Part shown: in pieces, positions 32,801-47,387 of the stretch
Layout: every line of letters starts with the position of its first letter
Numbering within the stretch: position 1 is the stretch's first letter
DNA from: Guillardia theta CCMP2712
Lineage: Eukaryota > Protista > Cryptophyta
Assembly: GCF_000315625.1 (NCBI RefSeq)
Contig: NW_005434666.1
Location: forward strand, 605,877-669,876
DNA: 64,000 nt
Direction: 5' to 3'
Notes under the pieces: generated by a model
What the model saw: only the letters and a program-made list of their open reading frames with translations
What the model was told of the DNA's origin: nothing
Databases searched by the model: none
Position numbers and translations under genes: made by a program

Positions 32801-35800
32801 CAAACTTTCGGTTTCCGTTGGTTGTGATGTTCTTCTCGAGCACCGGGTTGACCACCGGGTCGATGTACTCGTCGAGGTTCTCAAAGAGGAAGGGAAAACC
32901 AAAGTTGACGGCCATCTCGAGATGCTTCAGGAAGTCGCCGTCGTTGAAGGTCTTGATCCTTCCTATCAGGTCCTTCCCTTCTCTCTTCTTGATCCAGGCA
33001 ACGGCCTGCATCTGAGGATCGATACACAAGGGGAACGAGGAGGCTCTGGTGCACAGGATGCCATTCTGCACCGAGAGGTCGTCGGACGGCAGGCCTTCGG
33101 AGGCCCACTGGATAATCTCAACGTCAGAGGTCAGCAGGTACTGGAGGGAGAACGGGTCGCTCAGTGGTAGCTTCTTGTCTACTTGGTCAGCTTGCCACTT
33201 GGAGGTGATCAGCCTCTGACGGAAGTCGAAGGAGAAGGCTCCGAGGTAGGAGAGGAAGGAGGAGGTGATGAGGCAGTCGCCGACCAAGTTGATTCTCTTT
33301 TGGTTCAGATCCTCCATGTCTGCCTTCCACCTCGTCTGCTCCGAGCCGAGCCCGTTGATCAGCTTCTCCGCCGCTGCAAGCTGACGTGCCATGGTGTCTG
33401 CAGCCTCCTTGAGTCGCTCCTTCTCTATCGTTGCCTTCTCTAGGTCATCTCTCAGCCCCTCGAGCGTCTGGCTGAGGTCTGCAAGCTCGTTCTTCACCTT
33501 TGACAGATCCTTCTGCGCCTTGGCAAGCTCTGTTTCAGCTTTCCTGACGGCATTGCGCATAGGGTTGATCTCCTTGGCTACGTTGTAGTAGTTCACCATG
33601 GCGTACACCCACTTCAACAATCCAGCTCCTGCTGTAGAGATGTTCTTCAGCTCCGTCGGGTTGAACTTGGGGTCCTTCATATACTTCTGAACCTGCGAGA
33701 TCTGCTTGTCCGTCATCGAGTCCTTGTCAAACTCCAGCAGCGAGCGGAGGAAGCGACCGTCAGACATCATGGCCTTGGCTCCTTTCCAGCTCGTGTCAGG
33801 AACCTTCTTGAGGATGGCGACACATTCAGCCACTCCTTGCACCAGCACGTGCGGCTTTGCAAACGACTTGATCTCGTCGATGTCCTTCTTGTCCAGGTCG
33901 TTGAGCGCCTGTGCTGCTTCTTCGAGTGCGGGCAAGGCAGCTCCCAGCTTCTCCTCTGCTGTCGCCTTCTGCTGCGCGATCTCAACAGACTGCACGCCCA
34001 GGATCTCCTCCTGCTCGCCCGCTATCGCTTGTTTCTCCGTGGCTTCCTTGGTGTTCACCGAGATGGTCTGCAGCAACTCGCTACAGTCTCTCGTCTTTTG
34101 CTCCACCACCACCGTCTGCTTTGCCAGCTCCTCCTTCATCACTGCCACGTCAGCAGCCGCCTGGATCAGCTTCTTCAGCCCTCCGTCCAGCCTGGTCACC
34201 ATCTCCGTATTCCTGGACCGGCTCTCCGCCAGCTGGTGCTTGTAGGCGTTGATGAAGTTGAGGTAGTTCTTGGGCGTCACGTAGTTGTGTCGGCGCAGCT
34301 GCGTCTCGAACTCGCTGCTGGCTTCCAGCACGGAGTGATGCACTGCCATCATGTGCAGAGTGACGTTCTGCCTGCTCTCTTCCGGCAGCTCGACCTGAGC
34401 AAGGAACCTGTTGGCGACTGACTGGAGCGCCTCGGACGGCCATGGCTGGAACCAGTCGATCACGGCGTTGTTGATCATGCCAGGGAAGTTACGGCAGCGT
34501 CGCCGCAGGTCTTCGCCGACAGGAGACATGGCGAGGACGATGTGGAGGTTGTCTCTCGAGGACTCGACGAAATAGTTCCAGCACGAGTCTTTGCTGTCCG
34601 GCAGGCCTTTCTCCTTCACCTCCCTCCTCATCGAGTTGATGATCCCCTCGCGCTCGTCCTCTGCATACAGCGCTGGGACCATGCCCATGGTCAGGAGGTT
34701 GTTGATGAGCTCGAGAAAGCTCTCGTCCGCCACGTGTTGATCGGTGAAGAGGAAGACGACGGCTTCTGTCTTGAGCATACTATACATCGTTCGCAGGTCC
34801 TCTCGGAACTCCTCTTCCCCGTACGTCCTTGTCAATGTGATCTGAAAGATCTTGCACTGTGCCGCGTACGCCGCGAGCCTGGTGAGGGATTGTTTCCCTG
34901 AACCCCCAACTCCCACGAGCAGCGCGTTCCCTCGTGGCAGCCGCAGGAGCCGATGGAGGCGGCAGAGATGGTCAAGGGCATCATCGAAGAGCACAAGATC
35001 CATCACCTGCCGTTGCGTCAGCGCGGGGGTCGACAAACTTTGGCAAAGGAGGACAAACCTTGTTGGTCTCGTTGTATCGCTCCAGCAGCTCGTCGAAGAT
35101 CGTCTTCACGTTGTCGTAGCTTCCCAGGTCCTCGTTCACTCGAGCCTCCGCCTCTCCATCTATCACCCGCAGGGCGTTCCTGAAGTCGCCGAAGATGACT
35201 TCCCCCGCCATCGCTCCGTCCATGTAGTTCTGGAGCTGCTGCTTCATGGTCTGCTTCAACTGCTCGATGAACCAGTCCTTGTCCTCTTGTGAGATGAGAC
35301 GATCGTGAAAGACTCGCAGGCATTCGTTCCTCCATAGTCTACAGATTCCAACTCCATCAAGAATCGCGTCTGTGGTAGCCGTGCAGAGTCCTTCGCAGAT
35401 CCTGGACAGGTCACGGAGGTTGAAGACGTAATGGAAGCGAGTTGGGGTGGGAGGCATGTTGGCGACGACAGTCTTGTACAACTTGAGCGTTGATTCTGAA
35501 AACTGCAACAAGAATTGTCAGCACACGAGGGAGAAGAACAACAACCATTCACCGTCTTTCCGCAGGTTTTGAAGAATTCGCCGTCCTTGGAGGCAGAGAA
35601 AGGCTGGAAGTGGTTGTCGAGGATGGTGGAGAAGATTCGGATGATGGATTCATCCGAGGGGAACGAGATGTTGAAGACGGTGAAGAGAGAGACGAATCGA
35701 GGATCCATGGGGTTTCGAGCTCCTCCTGGAGGGCCGCAGGCAGCAAGGCAGTGCGTATCTATGACGTGCTTCCAAACAAGCTCTTCTCTGTCGTACAGCC

Positions 35801-38800
35801 CCTGCTTCTCTATGAAGAGCTTCAGCAGAGTGACAGGCTGCTGCGTCCCGTAGGTGTCCACAAGGGGCATGTTGACGTCATCGATGAAGATGATGAGCTT
35901 CTTGCCCGCGGGAGGGCCGAACGTTCCCTTGAGACGCTTCTCGATGTTGCTCTCGATGCTTACCTGCAAGTCTTTCCCTGAGGTCCGCGAGGAGAAGGAG
36001 ATGTTGAGGAGGTTGTTCGTCTCAGGGCTGAGGTTCTTGAGGTAGTGCTGCAGCGTCACCGTCTTGGAGGTCCCCGACTCTCCGACGAAGATGGAGGGCC
36101 GGGAGATCTTGACGCACGTGTCAACCAGCCATGTGCTCCTCACCGTGTCTGCGGTCGGGATGAGGATCTGGTAGAAGGCCTGACCAGGCGCCGGGCTGAA
36201 CTCCTGCACAAGGCTGCTCCACGAGGACCAGCCGCGCATCTTGGGGTCGTACATGTAGTCGAAAACAGTCGACTTGGAGGCTCCTGGAAGGCTCGAAATG
36301 CTGACCGACGGCTGGTCAGACCCGCTCATGCCCGAGAGCTTCTTGAGATGAGCGTCGAAGCGTTTCCTGCTGTCCTCGTGCAGGGCAGAGCCGAGGGACC
36401 AGGTCAAGCACGCGACGAAGATTGCCTCCAGCTCCTTGGCCTCGGGGTCTTCCGCCTCCTGCAAGAGGGCGGAAAGCATGAAGCAGAGGGCCACGACGAG
36501 GTTCAAGTTGGTGAGAGGAAGAACGAGCTTCGGCCTCGGCTCGTACTCGCCGAAGATAAGTCCCAGCATGACCCACTCGTTCAGCTGAGGCACGTACTTG
36601 CTGTACAACTGGTCTAGCGTCTTAGCCCTCTCCGGGCTCTCGACGGATCCGAGCCATCGCTTGAAGTAGGGATCGAACCCGAGGTTCTTCGGGTCCACCC
36701 ACACCATGCCGCACCGGCTCACGGTGGCGGGGGAAGCATACTGCAAGTCTCCCACCTCGAAGAGCATGGAGGCGAAGGGCTGGAGGCGGATGCGCTCGCC
36801 ATTGGGGAGGGTGAGGAGCTTGTTGTCATCCATCACTGAGTTCATGTTCTCCACCCACAGCGCGTCCACGTCACCGTCGTAGCAGATGTACCTCCTCTCG
36901 TCTTTGCCCTCGGGCAGAGGCTTGTTCATCTCCCTAAAGATATTGCTCAGCAGACCGTCCGTCCAGTCTCGGGTGACAGGGTCCATCACCCCGTAGAGCT
37001 CAGACAGAGGAATCGCCTTGGGGTTGATCACCGTCAGCTTCGTCGTCCTGCCCAGGTTTGTCTGCGCATGGCAGAGGGTGTTGAGGACCACCGACTTCCC
37101 TCCTCCCGTCGGCCCGACGATCATCGTCGTGTGCCTTGTCAGCATGGTTTCGTAGAGCTGGACCACCTTGTCCACCTGCCAGGAGATCTCGATGTACTTC
37201 TCCTTGCGGATGACACCCACGACGGCCGCGTTGAACTCGGGGTATCCCACCCGTGGACAGTCGAGCCCGGGGAAGAGATCGGCGAGTAGACCCAGGAAGA
37301 GGGGGACGTCCTCGAAGACGAACTTGGGGCTGTTCATGTCTCTCAGCGCTCTCATGAGCACCACGTCCTCCGGCAGGTCTGGCGACCCTCTCTTCAGCGA
37401 ACCCGCCATCACTAGCACGCTCTTCAACGCTCGCAAGCCCCAGTCATAGTGGTACTGCCGCGAGAGCTGCTCCTTAGCCAGCGCGTAGAGCGTCACCATC
37501 TTCTTGGCTAGGATTCGAGCCAGGTCGAACCCCTCAGACAGCAGCATGTTCTCACAGATGATGTTCAGATCCGGCACAATCATCGTCATCGGCCTGAAGA
37601 GCGCCTTAAGGTTGTCCGGCAGCTCCGTCCTGCCAGCGTAGCCAGGGTTCATAGTGATGAAGAACCCGCAAGAATCGTCAAGGGAGATCTCCCGTCCCTC
37701 GAAGTGAAACATCTTCGCGTTCGCGATCATCGCCGTCTGGATTGTCTTGAGCTGCGCTGACACCACGGACAGCACCGGAGCCTCGATCCTGTTGAACTCG
37801 TCGAAGCATCCCCAGGCCCCGCACTGCACCAGCCCGGAGAAGATGCTTCCCATCGCCTTGTAGTCCAGCCCATCCCCGCAGTTGAACACCACGCAGTACA
37901 GGGAGATTGCCTTTGCCAGATCCTTCACCGTCTCCGTCTTGCCCGTCCCGGCCGGGCCTGCCGGGGCTCCACCCAGCCGGAAGCTCAAGGCCTGCGTAAG
38001 CGTCATGTAGCATCGATCCGTGAGCGGGGTGATGACGAGGCGACCGTTGAGCCCCATGTACTCATAACCGAAAGGCGTGGAGAACGTACACTGCCGCACA
38101 AAGAGCTCATCGTCAGCTCTGACCCAGTAGTATCTCAGCTGAGACTCCCAGGCAAACTCCCTCTCGTCCAGGATCGAGTCACGAACGAAGCCGTCGATGA
38201 TGTCCCGTGCATGAACGTCGATGATGACGAGCGTGTTGACTTTCTTTCGCTGCTGCTTGCTCAGGTCCTTCCTCATCTCTGCCACCAGGTCGTTGAGCTG
38301 CTTGGTCAGCAGCTGGTTGAGAACCTTGATCGCATGCTTCTCTCCTTGCTTCACCTTGCGGAAACCGTCCTCCACCTGCCAGGTCCACCAGAGCTGACTC
38401 CCGCCGTTGACCGTCATGCCCAGGTTCTCTTCGATCCATCGGAGGCGAGAGGTCTTGGGGTAGTTGAAGATTCCTTCCTTCATGATGGAATGTAGCGAAG
38501 CTCGCATCTCTGCCAGGACGTTGGTCATCCAGTTCTCAACGGCTCCCTCAGTCGCAACGGCCGTCCTGAAGTTCAGGTTCTCGCCCTCCGAAGAGATCAT
38601 ACCCACTACCACCTTGTTCTGACGGGCGAAGATCAGACTCGCGCAGTTGTCAAAGATCTTGAGGCAGTGCTCTTGGATAGCCGTGACGTCTGACGACCCC
38701 AACACCGACAGCATCTCATCGTCAGAGATGAAGAAGAACCTCGGGAACGAGTTCCTCTTGGAGTCAAGGAAGTCCGATAGGCTCTTCTGGCACCAATCAA

Positions 38801-41800
38801 GGTCGTTGGCCAGCTGGCGTAGCAACTCAAGCCTTCCATCCACACAGCACGCCTTGACCACGTTCCTCTCCTTGTGAGTCTCCTGCATGATCTTCGACCA
38901 GGCCTGGTCGATCTTCTCGAACCTCTTGGCGGCCTCGGGCAGCTGCATGCGAATGTCGTCGGATCCCACGAAGATTCCCTCCAGGTACTGCCACTTCCTC
39001 TGCACGATGAGCCAGGCTTCCAGCGTCTCTCCGATGAGTGACAAGCGCTTCTCCCACAGCCGGATCTGATCGATGAAGGGGCCGCAGAACTTGGACGCTG
39101 ACATGGAGGCGATGTTCATCAGGTTGTCGTCGAGGAGCAGAGTGATCTCGTCGGTTCCCTTGAGACAGTACCCGCGATCCTGCCCATCTCTCTCGTACTT
39201 GAACAGGTCAAGGCCCTGGCTCTTCCAGTTGGTCTCGATCTCTTCCAGCCCCTTCTCGATCGCCACTTCCTTCTGCGCCTCCGTCACGATCTCCGTCACT
39301 CTCTCTGCCTGCTCCGACAGGTTGAGAGCGAACAGCTCCTGCAGCGTGAAGGTGTTGGGGTTAATCTCGATGGAGGGCAGCAGCTTCTTCCAGTGTCTCG
39401 GCCGCATCGCCTCGGACTTGAGCTCGGAGATGAGTGGGAGAGACTTCTGGAAAGCGACGATGGCACTTCCAAGCTTTTCGTAGAGCTGCAGCCGCTGAGC
39501 GTTCTTGGAGATCTTTCTGTGCTTGACGAGATAGGCCGCGACGCCGCTGTTGAGAGCCTCGATGTCGAGCTCCTGGAAGAAGAGAGCGCCGGACCAGTTC
39601 CTGCAGGACTCCCTGAAGTCCGAGTAGACGCTGACAATCTCCTGCAGGCAAGCAAGAAGTTCTGTGGCCTTGGCAAGGCTGGTGAAAGTTGCAGCCTCGA
39701 GGCCGAAGAGCTTCATGGCCATGGAGATTCCTTCCTTCCTCTTCGTCATCTCCTTCATCTCCACCGCGTAGGCGCTCGCAAGGTCGACGGCATAGTCCAG
39801 GTCGATGTCTGGTGCAGCTGGGCCCTCCTCGTTGAGCCGCTTGAGAAAGGCGTCGCACTCTCCGATGAAAGTTTCGCATTCTTGATTGGTGGTGAAGGCA
39901 AACTGCTTCTTGATCTTTGACACCTCGTGCGACTTCTGCCTCGCCTCCCTCACGACGTCCAGCCACTTGCCCTTGATTTCTAGCGCCTCCTGCGAGGACT
40001 TTGCGTCCACTTGGATGCGATAGAAATTAAGGATGTCAAACTTCTCCTGCAAGTCGATGCAGACAGCTTCTATCTCAGTGCTGGATTCAGTTGTCTCCTG
40101 AATGACTTGCAACAGATGCTTGAAGTTGTCCAGAGTGTCTGGGGCTGTTGCAAGATCATATCGTATGTTGGAAATCTTCTCAAGGACAGTGTTGAGCTTT
40201 GAATTGGCATCGTCAAACAAGAACTTCCCTATTATTGTGATCCAAGCTTGCGCCTCGTTGCGAATGTCTGAGTGGGCAGCAGTCATATTTACGTGCAAGA
40301 AGTCAACGGTGACGGAGGGAGGAAAGAATCCGAGGTCGCGCATTACGTTGTTGTAGTGCTTGATCCTCTCGTCGAACTCGATTGAAGTGCGCGACTTTGT
40401 CTTGATGAACTTCTCTACGATGCTGTGTCGTTCTTCATTCCACAGAGACATGTATCTCGCATACCGCGAGCTCGCCTTCTCTAGCGACAGGCCTGTCTTG
40501 GTGACCCTCGTCTGCATTGAGAGGATTGCCTTGACGCAGTGCGGGTGCGCCTGAACATCATCGTAGAAGCTGAAGACGACCGGCTCGTCATGTCCGTGAA
40601 CGATCTGAGAGGGGCAGGGCAGGCAGGTTCCATCCATCCATCGGATGAAGCTGCGGGCAGTAGTCTCGAGGATCACCTTAAGGATCTTTGTGATCATCTT
40701 CTGTATATCCAGCATGGAGGGCGTGTAGACGATCTGCGGCGTCGCCCTCGCCGTCGCCCGGATCAACGGCCTGACCCCCTCCTTCCCCGCCGTCATCCCA
40801 AGGTAGCTAGCAAAGTCAGCAACTCCGTCGAGGACGAGGTGTACGATAGCGTCGTAGATTCGTTTCTCCCAGTACCTGTAGTAGCTCGTCATGCCTGACG
40901 ACCGGCCCGTGTTGGTCCCGACAGCCACTTCCTCTATCTTGCAGAGGAGCGGAGTGATCTGCGCGTGCTGGCTGACAAGGTGGTTCACTACCTCTGATCG
41001 GTGATTTTCAAGGCGCGAGAAGACTTCCTGCAGGTCCAGGCCCTCAGTCTCCTCCCCGAACAGGGCCTCGGTCGAGGGGATCAGCTTCCCCCGCTGGATC
41101 TCCGAGACGATGTCGGCGATGGTCGCGGCGTTCTTGTCGATGGCGCGAGCGAAGGTGACGAAGATTGAAATCTTCTTGTTGGTCTTGTCGATGAAGTCAT
41201 TGATCCCCAGTGAGATCCAGTTCAGGGCCGTGAAGCCCAGGCTCATCCCAGACTTGAGGCTCTCAGCGTTGTGGGCACAGAGCTCCCGTAAGCTCGGGTC
41301 GAGGCTTGAGAGCGCGTGCTGATAGTTTGCGATCATCTGCTTCAAGTTCTGCACGAGCTGCAAGTACTTGGCTTCTCGCAACGCGATGTTCATGACCGTC
41401 TCGCCCACGGAGTATCCCATCTTGTCAAGGCACTTGGCCTCCCTCATGAGGGTCAAGAGCTCGTTGGGAAAGTTGACCTGCATCTCACCATCCTCGTCCT
41501 TCCGCAGTATGAGACACCTCAGGAGCTCGTTTGCCTCGGCTTCAGACTTGGCCTTCCAGTTACTGTGCAGCTCATTCTCATAGTTTCTCAGCGTCTTGCC
41601 CAGATCGATGTACTGGCGTATCGTCGCGTTCCCTTGCTCTGACTCGGTCATCTGGCAGTAGGACTGGAACTGCAGCATCGTCTTCTTCACCCGGATGAAG
41701 AGTCCCTTGGACCACATGATGGCCCCTGACACGGGCGGCTGATTCTTGGGCACAGGAGGATGATCGCAGTTGGCCTTGAAAGTCTCGTGCACTTGCGTCA

Positions 41801-44053
41801 CTTCTCGGGAGAACTGGACGAGGATCTCGCTGAGTTTGTCCTCCACAACTGCTGTGATCGCCTTCCTGCTCCTGATGGACTTGAAGTGAAGCAGCAGCTG
41901 CAGTGCACCCTCCGTCGAACGGAGCTCCGCGAAGCTCGAGTTGATCAGCTTGCTAGTCTCGTCTTCGATGTCCTGGACCTCCGCGGAGAAGTTCTTTGTG
42001 AGCGTGTCCCACCGGGCCTTGTGGGCCGGGTCGAAGATCTCGAACTCGACGTGCAGGTACGGAGTCAGCATGGCGTTGACCCGCTCGAGCATCTTGTCGA
42101 TACTCTGAGAATCTCCAATAACCTTCTTGAGCTGCGGACCGAAGAAGACGATGAACTGGTCGATCGTATCCGACACGAGTTGCAGATCCTGCAGGATACC
42201 CTCGATGTACTTGGTCTTGCCAAACAAGAGCTGCCGGTCGAACTCCCAGCGGTCGCTCATCCTGGTGTTCTTGTCCGACAGCTTCCCTTGCTTCATGTCC
42301 TCCTCAGGCTCCTGCCCGGACTTCTCAATCTTGTCCCTCGTCTTCATGTAGACCTCGTACCATCCCTGCATCAGGTGCCTTGCCTCCGTCAACTTGGCTG
42401 ACACCTGGGAGGGAGAGAGCGACGTGAACATCTGCTCCACGTCGATCTCGTTTGTCACTCTGTTGGAGATCTCGTTGGCTATCCGAGCCATCAGCGTCGA
42501 CATCCGTTCGTCGGTGTTGTAGTGCCTGCTCAGCACCCACACCATCCGCAGGCCGTTGAAGAGCGAAGGGAGAGACTCGGTGATGTTGACAAGGGGAGCC
42601 ATTGAGAGCATCTTGAAGTGTCTCTCCAGTGTCGACAAGAACTTCACATTGTCCTTCGCCTCTGTGTGCAGCTTGACCATCTCTGCGAACCAGTGGTTGA
42701 ACGATGTGTACTCGACCTGCACAGCAGCAGTCAGGTCAGCACCAGACCATCTAGAGGATTGCCTCAAGGTTTGTCTTCATGCAGTTGGAGATTTCAACGA
42801 ACTGCTCTGTATGCATCCTCTCGACCACTCTATCCAACCTTGAGTATCGCTCCCTCCAGAAGTCCACCTTCAACAAGGTCAGAGCAGCTCGAGCAGATAA
42901 GAGCAAGTGTGAATGCGCTAGCAGCAAATGCGTACAACTTCCTTACCTCAGCCATCGCGCCGTTCGGTGCAGGTCGCTTAGCTTTGGTTTCTGCAACGAG
43001 CCCCCTTGGCACCCATGTCACATGATGGCAGCTGAACCTAAAGAGTCTACCTGACGATGTTGGTCCACGTTTCTAATGACTGTCTCAAAATGCTTAGAGA
43101 TGTTTCATCTCGAGTCGTGCCTTGCAAGCTGTCGATGTCCACCTTGATACATTCAACTCAGTCTTGGAAACCTGAACCCCTCGAAACTTACATCTGGTAT
43201 TTCAAGCTCCACATCTCCCTGAATCGCTTGCATCGAGTTTGACAGGGACATGGAGAGCTTGTTGATCAACGAGACAATCTCTTGCTGGTGAACCTTGCTA
43301 TCGGCCCCTTTCCCTTCCTCATGGTTTTGTATCAAATCCGACTTCCGTGAGATAACTGGCATGTACACTTTTGAAATCAGCTGGCTCAACTTTGCAACAG
43401 CGAGGACAGGAAGGCACAGACAGTTGTACTTGTCCTCGAACGAATTGTTTTCCGGGTTCTCAGGCTTCTTGATGATGAAAGTCGCAATCTTCCAATCAGC
43501 TTCGAAATTGGCAATGGGCAAGGTACGAACGACGAACTTACACTTCTCCTGCACGATGGTGCGGAACTTTTTCGTCTGCTCCTTTTCTCCGGTCAGAGTG
43601 TCTTCCCCTGGTGCTTCTACGCTCTCCTGACCCTCCTGTTGCCCGTCCGATCGCTGCTCGACTCTGTCACTGGCCTCGTTGTTGACGGCTGACTCGCTGG
43701 ATTCGCCCCCCTTGTCCTGCCCAGATTCCTCTTTCTGCTCTTCATTCCCTTGTCCCGAGGCCTCATCGATGTCCTCGTCATTCCCTTCTTCCTTCTTCTC
43801 CTCTACTATCTCTTCTTCGTATGTGATGTACTCCCTCACCAAGACGATCATCAATGCTGTGACTGCCTCGTTCGATGGGAAATCGCTCATGAGAGATATC
43901 GACTTGTCATCCAGGTCCTGTAGCTCCCCCTTGAACGTCTTGTCATTCGCACCCAGGAATCTGCATGAACGTCATTAACCAGGTTTCCCATGCTTCCTCG
44001 GAGCCTCACCTCTTAGCCCGATCCAGGGCCCAGTTCCTGAACATGCTACTCAT
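29858..44053 (-). CDS. DNAH10: Axonemal inner-arm dynein I1/f heavy chain alpha (DNAH10)
   Basis: N-terminal AE|VDFWRER...EAKDNVKFLSTLERHF; P1 GPAGTGKTET, P2 GPTGGGKS, P3 GESGTSKT, P4 GVGGSGKQS; C-terminus RRNAMGVGLVFEANL...SHWILQGV is characteristic of DNAH10. Confidence 0.92.
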
Positions 44054-44756
44054 CTTCGCCGGCTGAAGATGGGGTGAGGATTCCAACCGCCTCTCCTCCT
44101 CTCTCCCCCTTGTCTGTCCTTGTCGCTTAGTTCTTCTCTCTCCTCTCTCCTCCTCTCTCGCGCTCAAGCTCGCGACTTCTCGCCTCTGACAACCGCCATT
44201 GACCAGCCGTTTGTCTGAAGATACCCCCGTTGCCTCCACCCTCTTCTTCCTGTACTCACCCTACACTCTCCCAATACTACCCTCAAATAAAGCTTGAAGT
44301 ACCCTATACAATTACATTGCTTGTTTGACTGAAGGACACCCCCACCCCGTATGAAAAACAATCACCCCCACATTCGAGTTGGTAATGACTCCAATTTGAC
44401 AGGATCTCAGAGGAATGGCGGGCAGCGACACTACTGCGAACACAGGAGGTTCGAAGAAGACACGATGAGAGGAGGGAGACAGGTTGCGTGGAGGAAGAGA
44501 AGACGAGAATGCTGATATATTGCACAGAGTTGGCGTTAATGTACAGATAGGGGTAAGTCAGATTGCAGGAGCAAACAGTGATTGAGGAACGGAGGAGGTT
44601 GTATATAATGATAGTTTACATGTTGATGCAAATCTTAAAGTGCTAGTTTACAAACATCGACGAGTGGGTTTTTAGAGCTGTGCATACGCGATTGTATGCC
44701 TCAATCCTGTCGTACAATCCAGGTAAATAAGTCGGTAATTCCAGTCATGATCGCAA

Positions 44757-47182
44757 TTAGCACCTGCTCGCACAGAAAGCTGGGGTGTGAAACTCTTGTT
44801 GACCTGGACAATTGAACTCTTGTTCATCTGCACGCCATGGCATCAGTTCCATCTCTGAGTTCAGAGCACGCTTCACTTTCCTTAAAGGAGAGATCGGGTT
44901 TCGGCATTTCTTCTGGGAAGACTCTATCCTCGAGGTCTGGAAACCCGAGCTAATCAACATGTCAGAGGCTGTTGATCATGAAAAGAGAAGCTCTTCACCT
45001 GCCCGCTCTCGTTTCTGCCCCAGCACCACCACTGCCCGTCCGAGGTCTGCCCACCATCAATTCCAAGGCGAGGAAGCAGCAGCGGGGCAGTAACACTCAC
45101 CCTGGCATAGGAATGGAAACCACCAGCCTCGATGGCGACGACACTCTGCCGGTGAAATTTCTAGGAAGACAACACGATCAGGTTCGTCCGCGGAGATCAC
45201 AGGAGGGACCTCGTGCCTGCTCTCGTTGCGCTCCAGGGAGGCGAAGTGAAAGTGAGACGATCGACTTCCCCTCCCGAGCTGTCCATACTCTCCTGAGCCG
45301 CATACAAGGAGCTGCAAGGGACGCTGCCGGTCAGTATCTGTTGGAAGCTGAAGGACATCAAGCCTTACCCTTCCGTTAGATGAGAGCGCAAGAGAATGTG
45401 AGAAGCCGCACGCAATCTGAGTGATTTTGCCATGCTCTTTCAAGCTTTCCTGGACGAACCTTGTGAGCCATTTCTTTCCCTCCTTGCTCCTCGTCTGTTT
45501 ACATTCTGATTGCCAGATTGCAGGCCATGTAATGACTCTGGAGTCCCAAAGCAGGCTTGAGAGTCTCCTCTTCCCGTCTGCCCTTCGTGATTTCCTCCCC
45601 ACGAGAAGAGAGTTCCTAGTCAGGGAGAGATAAGAAGACATTGATAACCTTGTTTCTTTCTCCTTACCCTCCTCGCTCAATGCAAGCGCATGCAAACCAC
45701 CGCAGCTGACACTTCTGATCTTATCGCCGAGAATTTCAACCTGCCAAATACAAACCTCAATGTCACTTCAGTGGACGAGAAATTGACGACCTTGGTAAAC
45801 CTTGAACAGTAGGAAGAAAATTCACTTCTGTCCTGTGCAAAATCTCCTTGAAAGAAGGGATATCTTCCGGTTCCGACAAAGCCTAATCCAAGCTGTCCCG
45901 ACATGTTGTTGCCACAGCTGAACACTTCACCCCTGCCACAGAGCAAAAGAGAGAAGCCTGCTCCGCATGAGATCATGAAGGGATCGCTGACTTCCGTCAC
46001 TGGAGAGAAACTCTCCCTATCCATGATGTCGCCCATCCCCAGCTGGCCCCATCTGTTCCACCCACAGCTTAACACTCTCTCGTCTTGTGTCAGAATCATC
46101 GTGTGGAACTCCCCGCAAGCGATCATGCGGACTGGGATGTTCGAGAACAAGGGGATCGCTGTGAAGATATGCTGATTGGACTTACTGCCGATGCCAAGTT
46201 CTCCATACTGATTTCTCCCCGTCACCAACAGCTCAGTCACTTCTTGTAGCTGATAGGTCGCTCCACCCTCCTCTTTGATGGCAACAACCCGCCCCACACA
46301 CACCAACGACCGTGAGCCGCCACAACCAATGCACTTCACTCTGCCACGGAGGAGAACCGGCTTTGAGTTTGCAACATTGTAGTCGTTCCCATCTCCCAAC
46401 TGCCCGCTTTCATTGATACCAGTGATCCACAACTTTGTCAGGTTCATGCCCGTGATGAATTCATGCAAACTCACATACGGTTTGACAGTGGTGTTGTTTT
46501 CAACTCTTTTATCCTTCTCGTGTTCTGAATCCTTTTTGAAAACTCCTGTTTCAGTGACATTTTCATCTACCTCGGAGCGAACCTGTTGCCTCACGCTCTC
46601 TATTTCTAGGGCTTGCTGTTCAAATGAGAAGAGTTTTCCGTTTGCCAAGTTCGAAAGAAATTCGAGAAAGTGTCCAAATGCGAGCTCATTCAGCTTGAAT
46701 CCTGCATCCGTGAAGATTTCAAACAGCCAGGTCAGCTCGCACATGCCAGTCTTCAAGGGAGGAGGACTTTCACCGATGGCACTTTGAAGCACCGTAACGA
46801 GCCAGTCAGGAACAGACTCTTTGGCAGAATGCACATTATTGGAAGTTTTATGCAGCTCTGAGAGGTGGAGAGCAATCAGAAAGGCAAGATCACCATACGC
46901 ATCTTGCCTCGACTGCCACTCTCTCAACATAACACGATCTCTATGCTCTCGGAAGTACTTCCTGGCGCTGAGAGTGCCTTCAACGCCTGGTCCAGCTCCT
47001 CCATGTCCCTCCACCTGATCCCACTGGCTTCCTAGAGCATGGACCCCTTCTTCAGCTTTAGGAGGGAGAGTCAGCACCATCTTGCCCATCCGCATCGGCC
47101 AGGATACCTCTCCCCCTTCCTCCGTCTTCCCCGCGCCCTGCATGGCGTTGCCCCGACTGAGCCTCATCCCTCCACAGCCCAT
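44757..47182 (-). CDS. RCC1-repeat protein (ends approximate)
   Basis: Repeats GINESGQLG, GRNQYGELG, IACGEFHT...GWNRWGQLG, ISCGAGFS...GNNMSGQLG, IACGFSHSLAL, GSGEYGQLG. Confidence 0.88.
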
Positions 47183-47387
47183 GTGTTCTGAGGCGAACCC
47201 AGTGTGGCGAGTCGGCCGGTGAGCCTGCGACTTGAAGGCGGCTCAGCGGCTAGGGGTCCGAGTCCGACTGCGACTACCGATGGAGTGACTGTGTGGGGGT
47301 TGGAGACTGATAAACTGCAGGCTTGCGGCCTCTGAACCGCATAAGAGAAATAAGGCTGGATCGAATAGTTTGCATTGGGGTTCAGAG

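Noticed and set aside
30336-43978. Many + strand ORFs (e.g. 30840-32153, 437 aa) opposite the dynein gene
   Set aside because: Antisense shadow ORFs expected from biased codon usage in a long GC-rich gene; no recognisable motifs.
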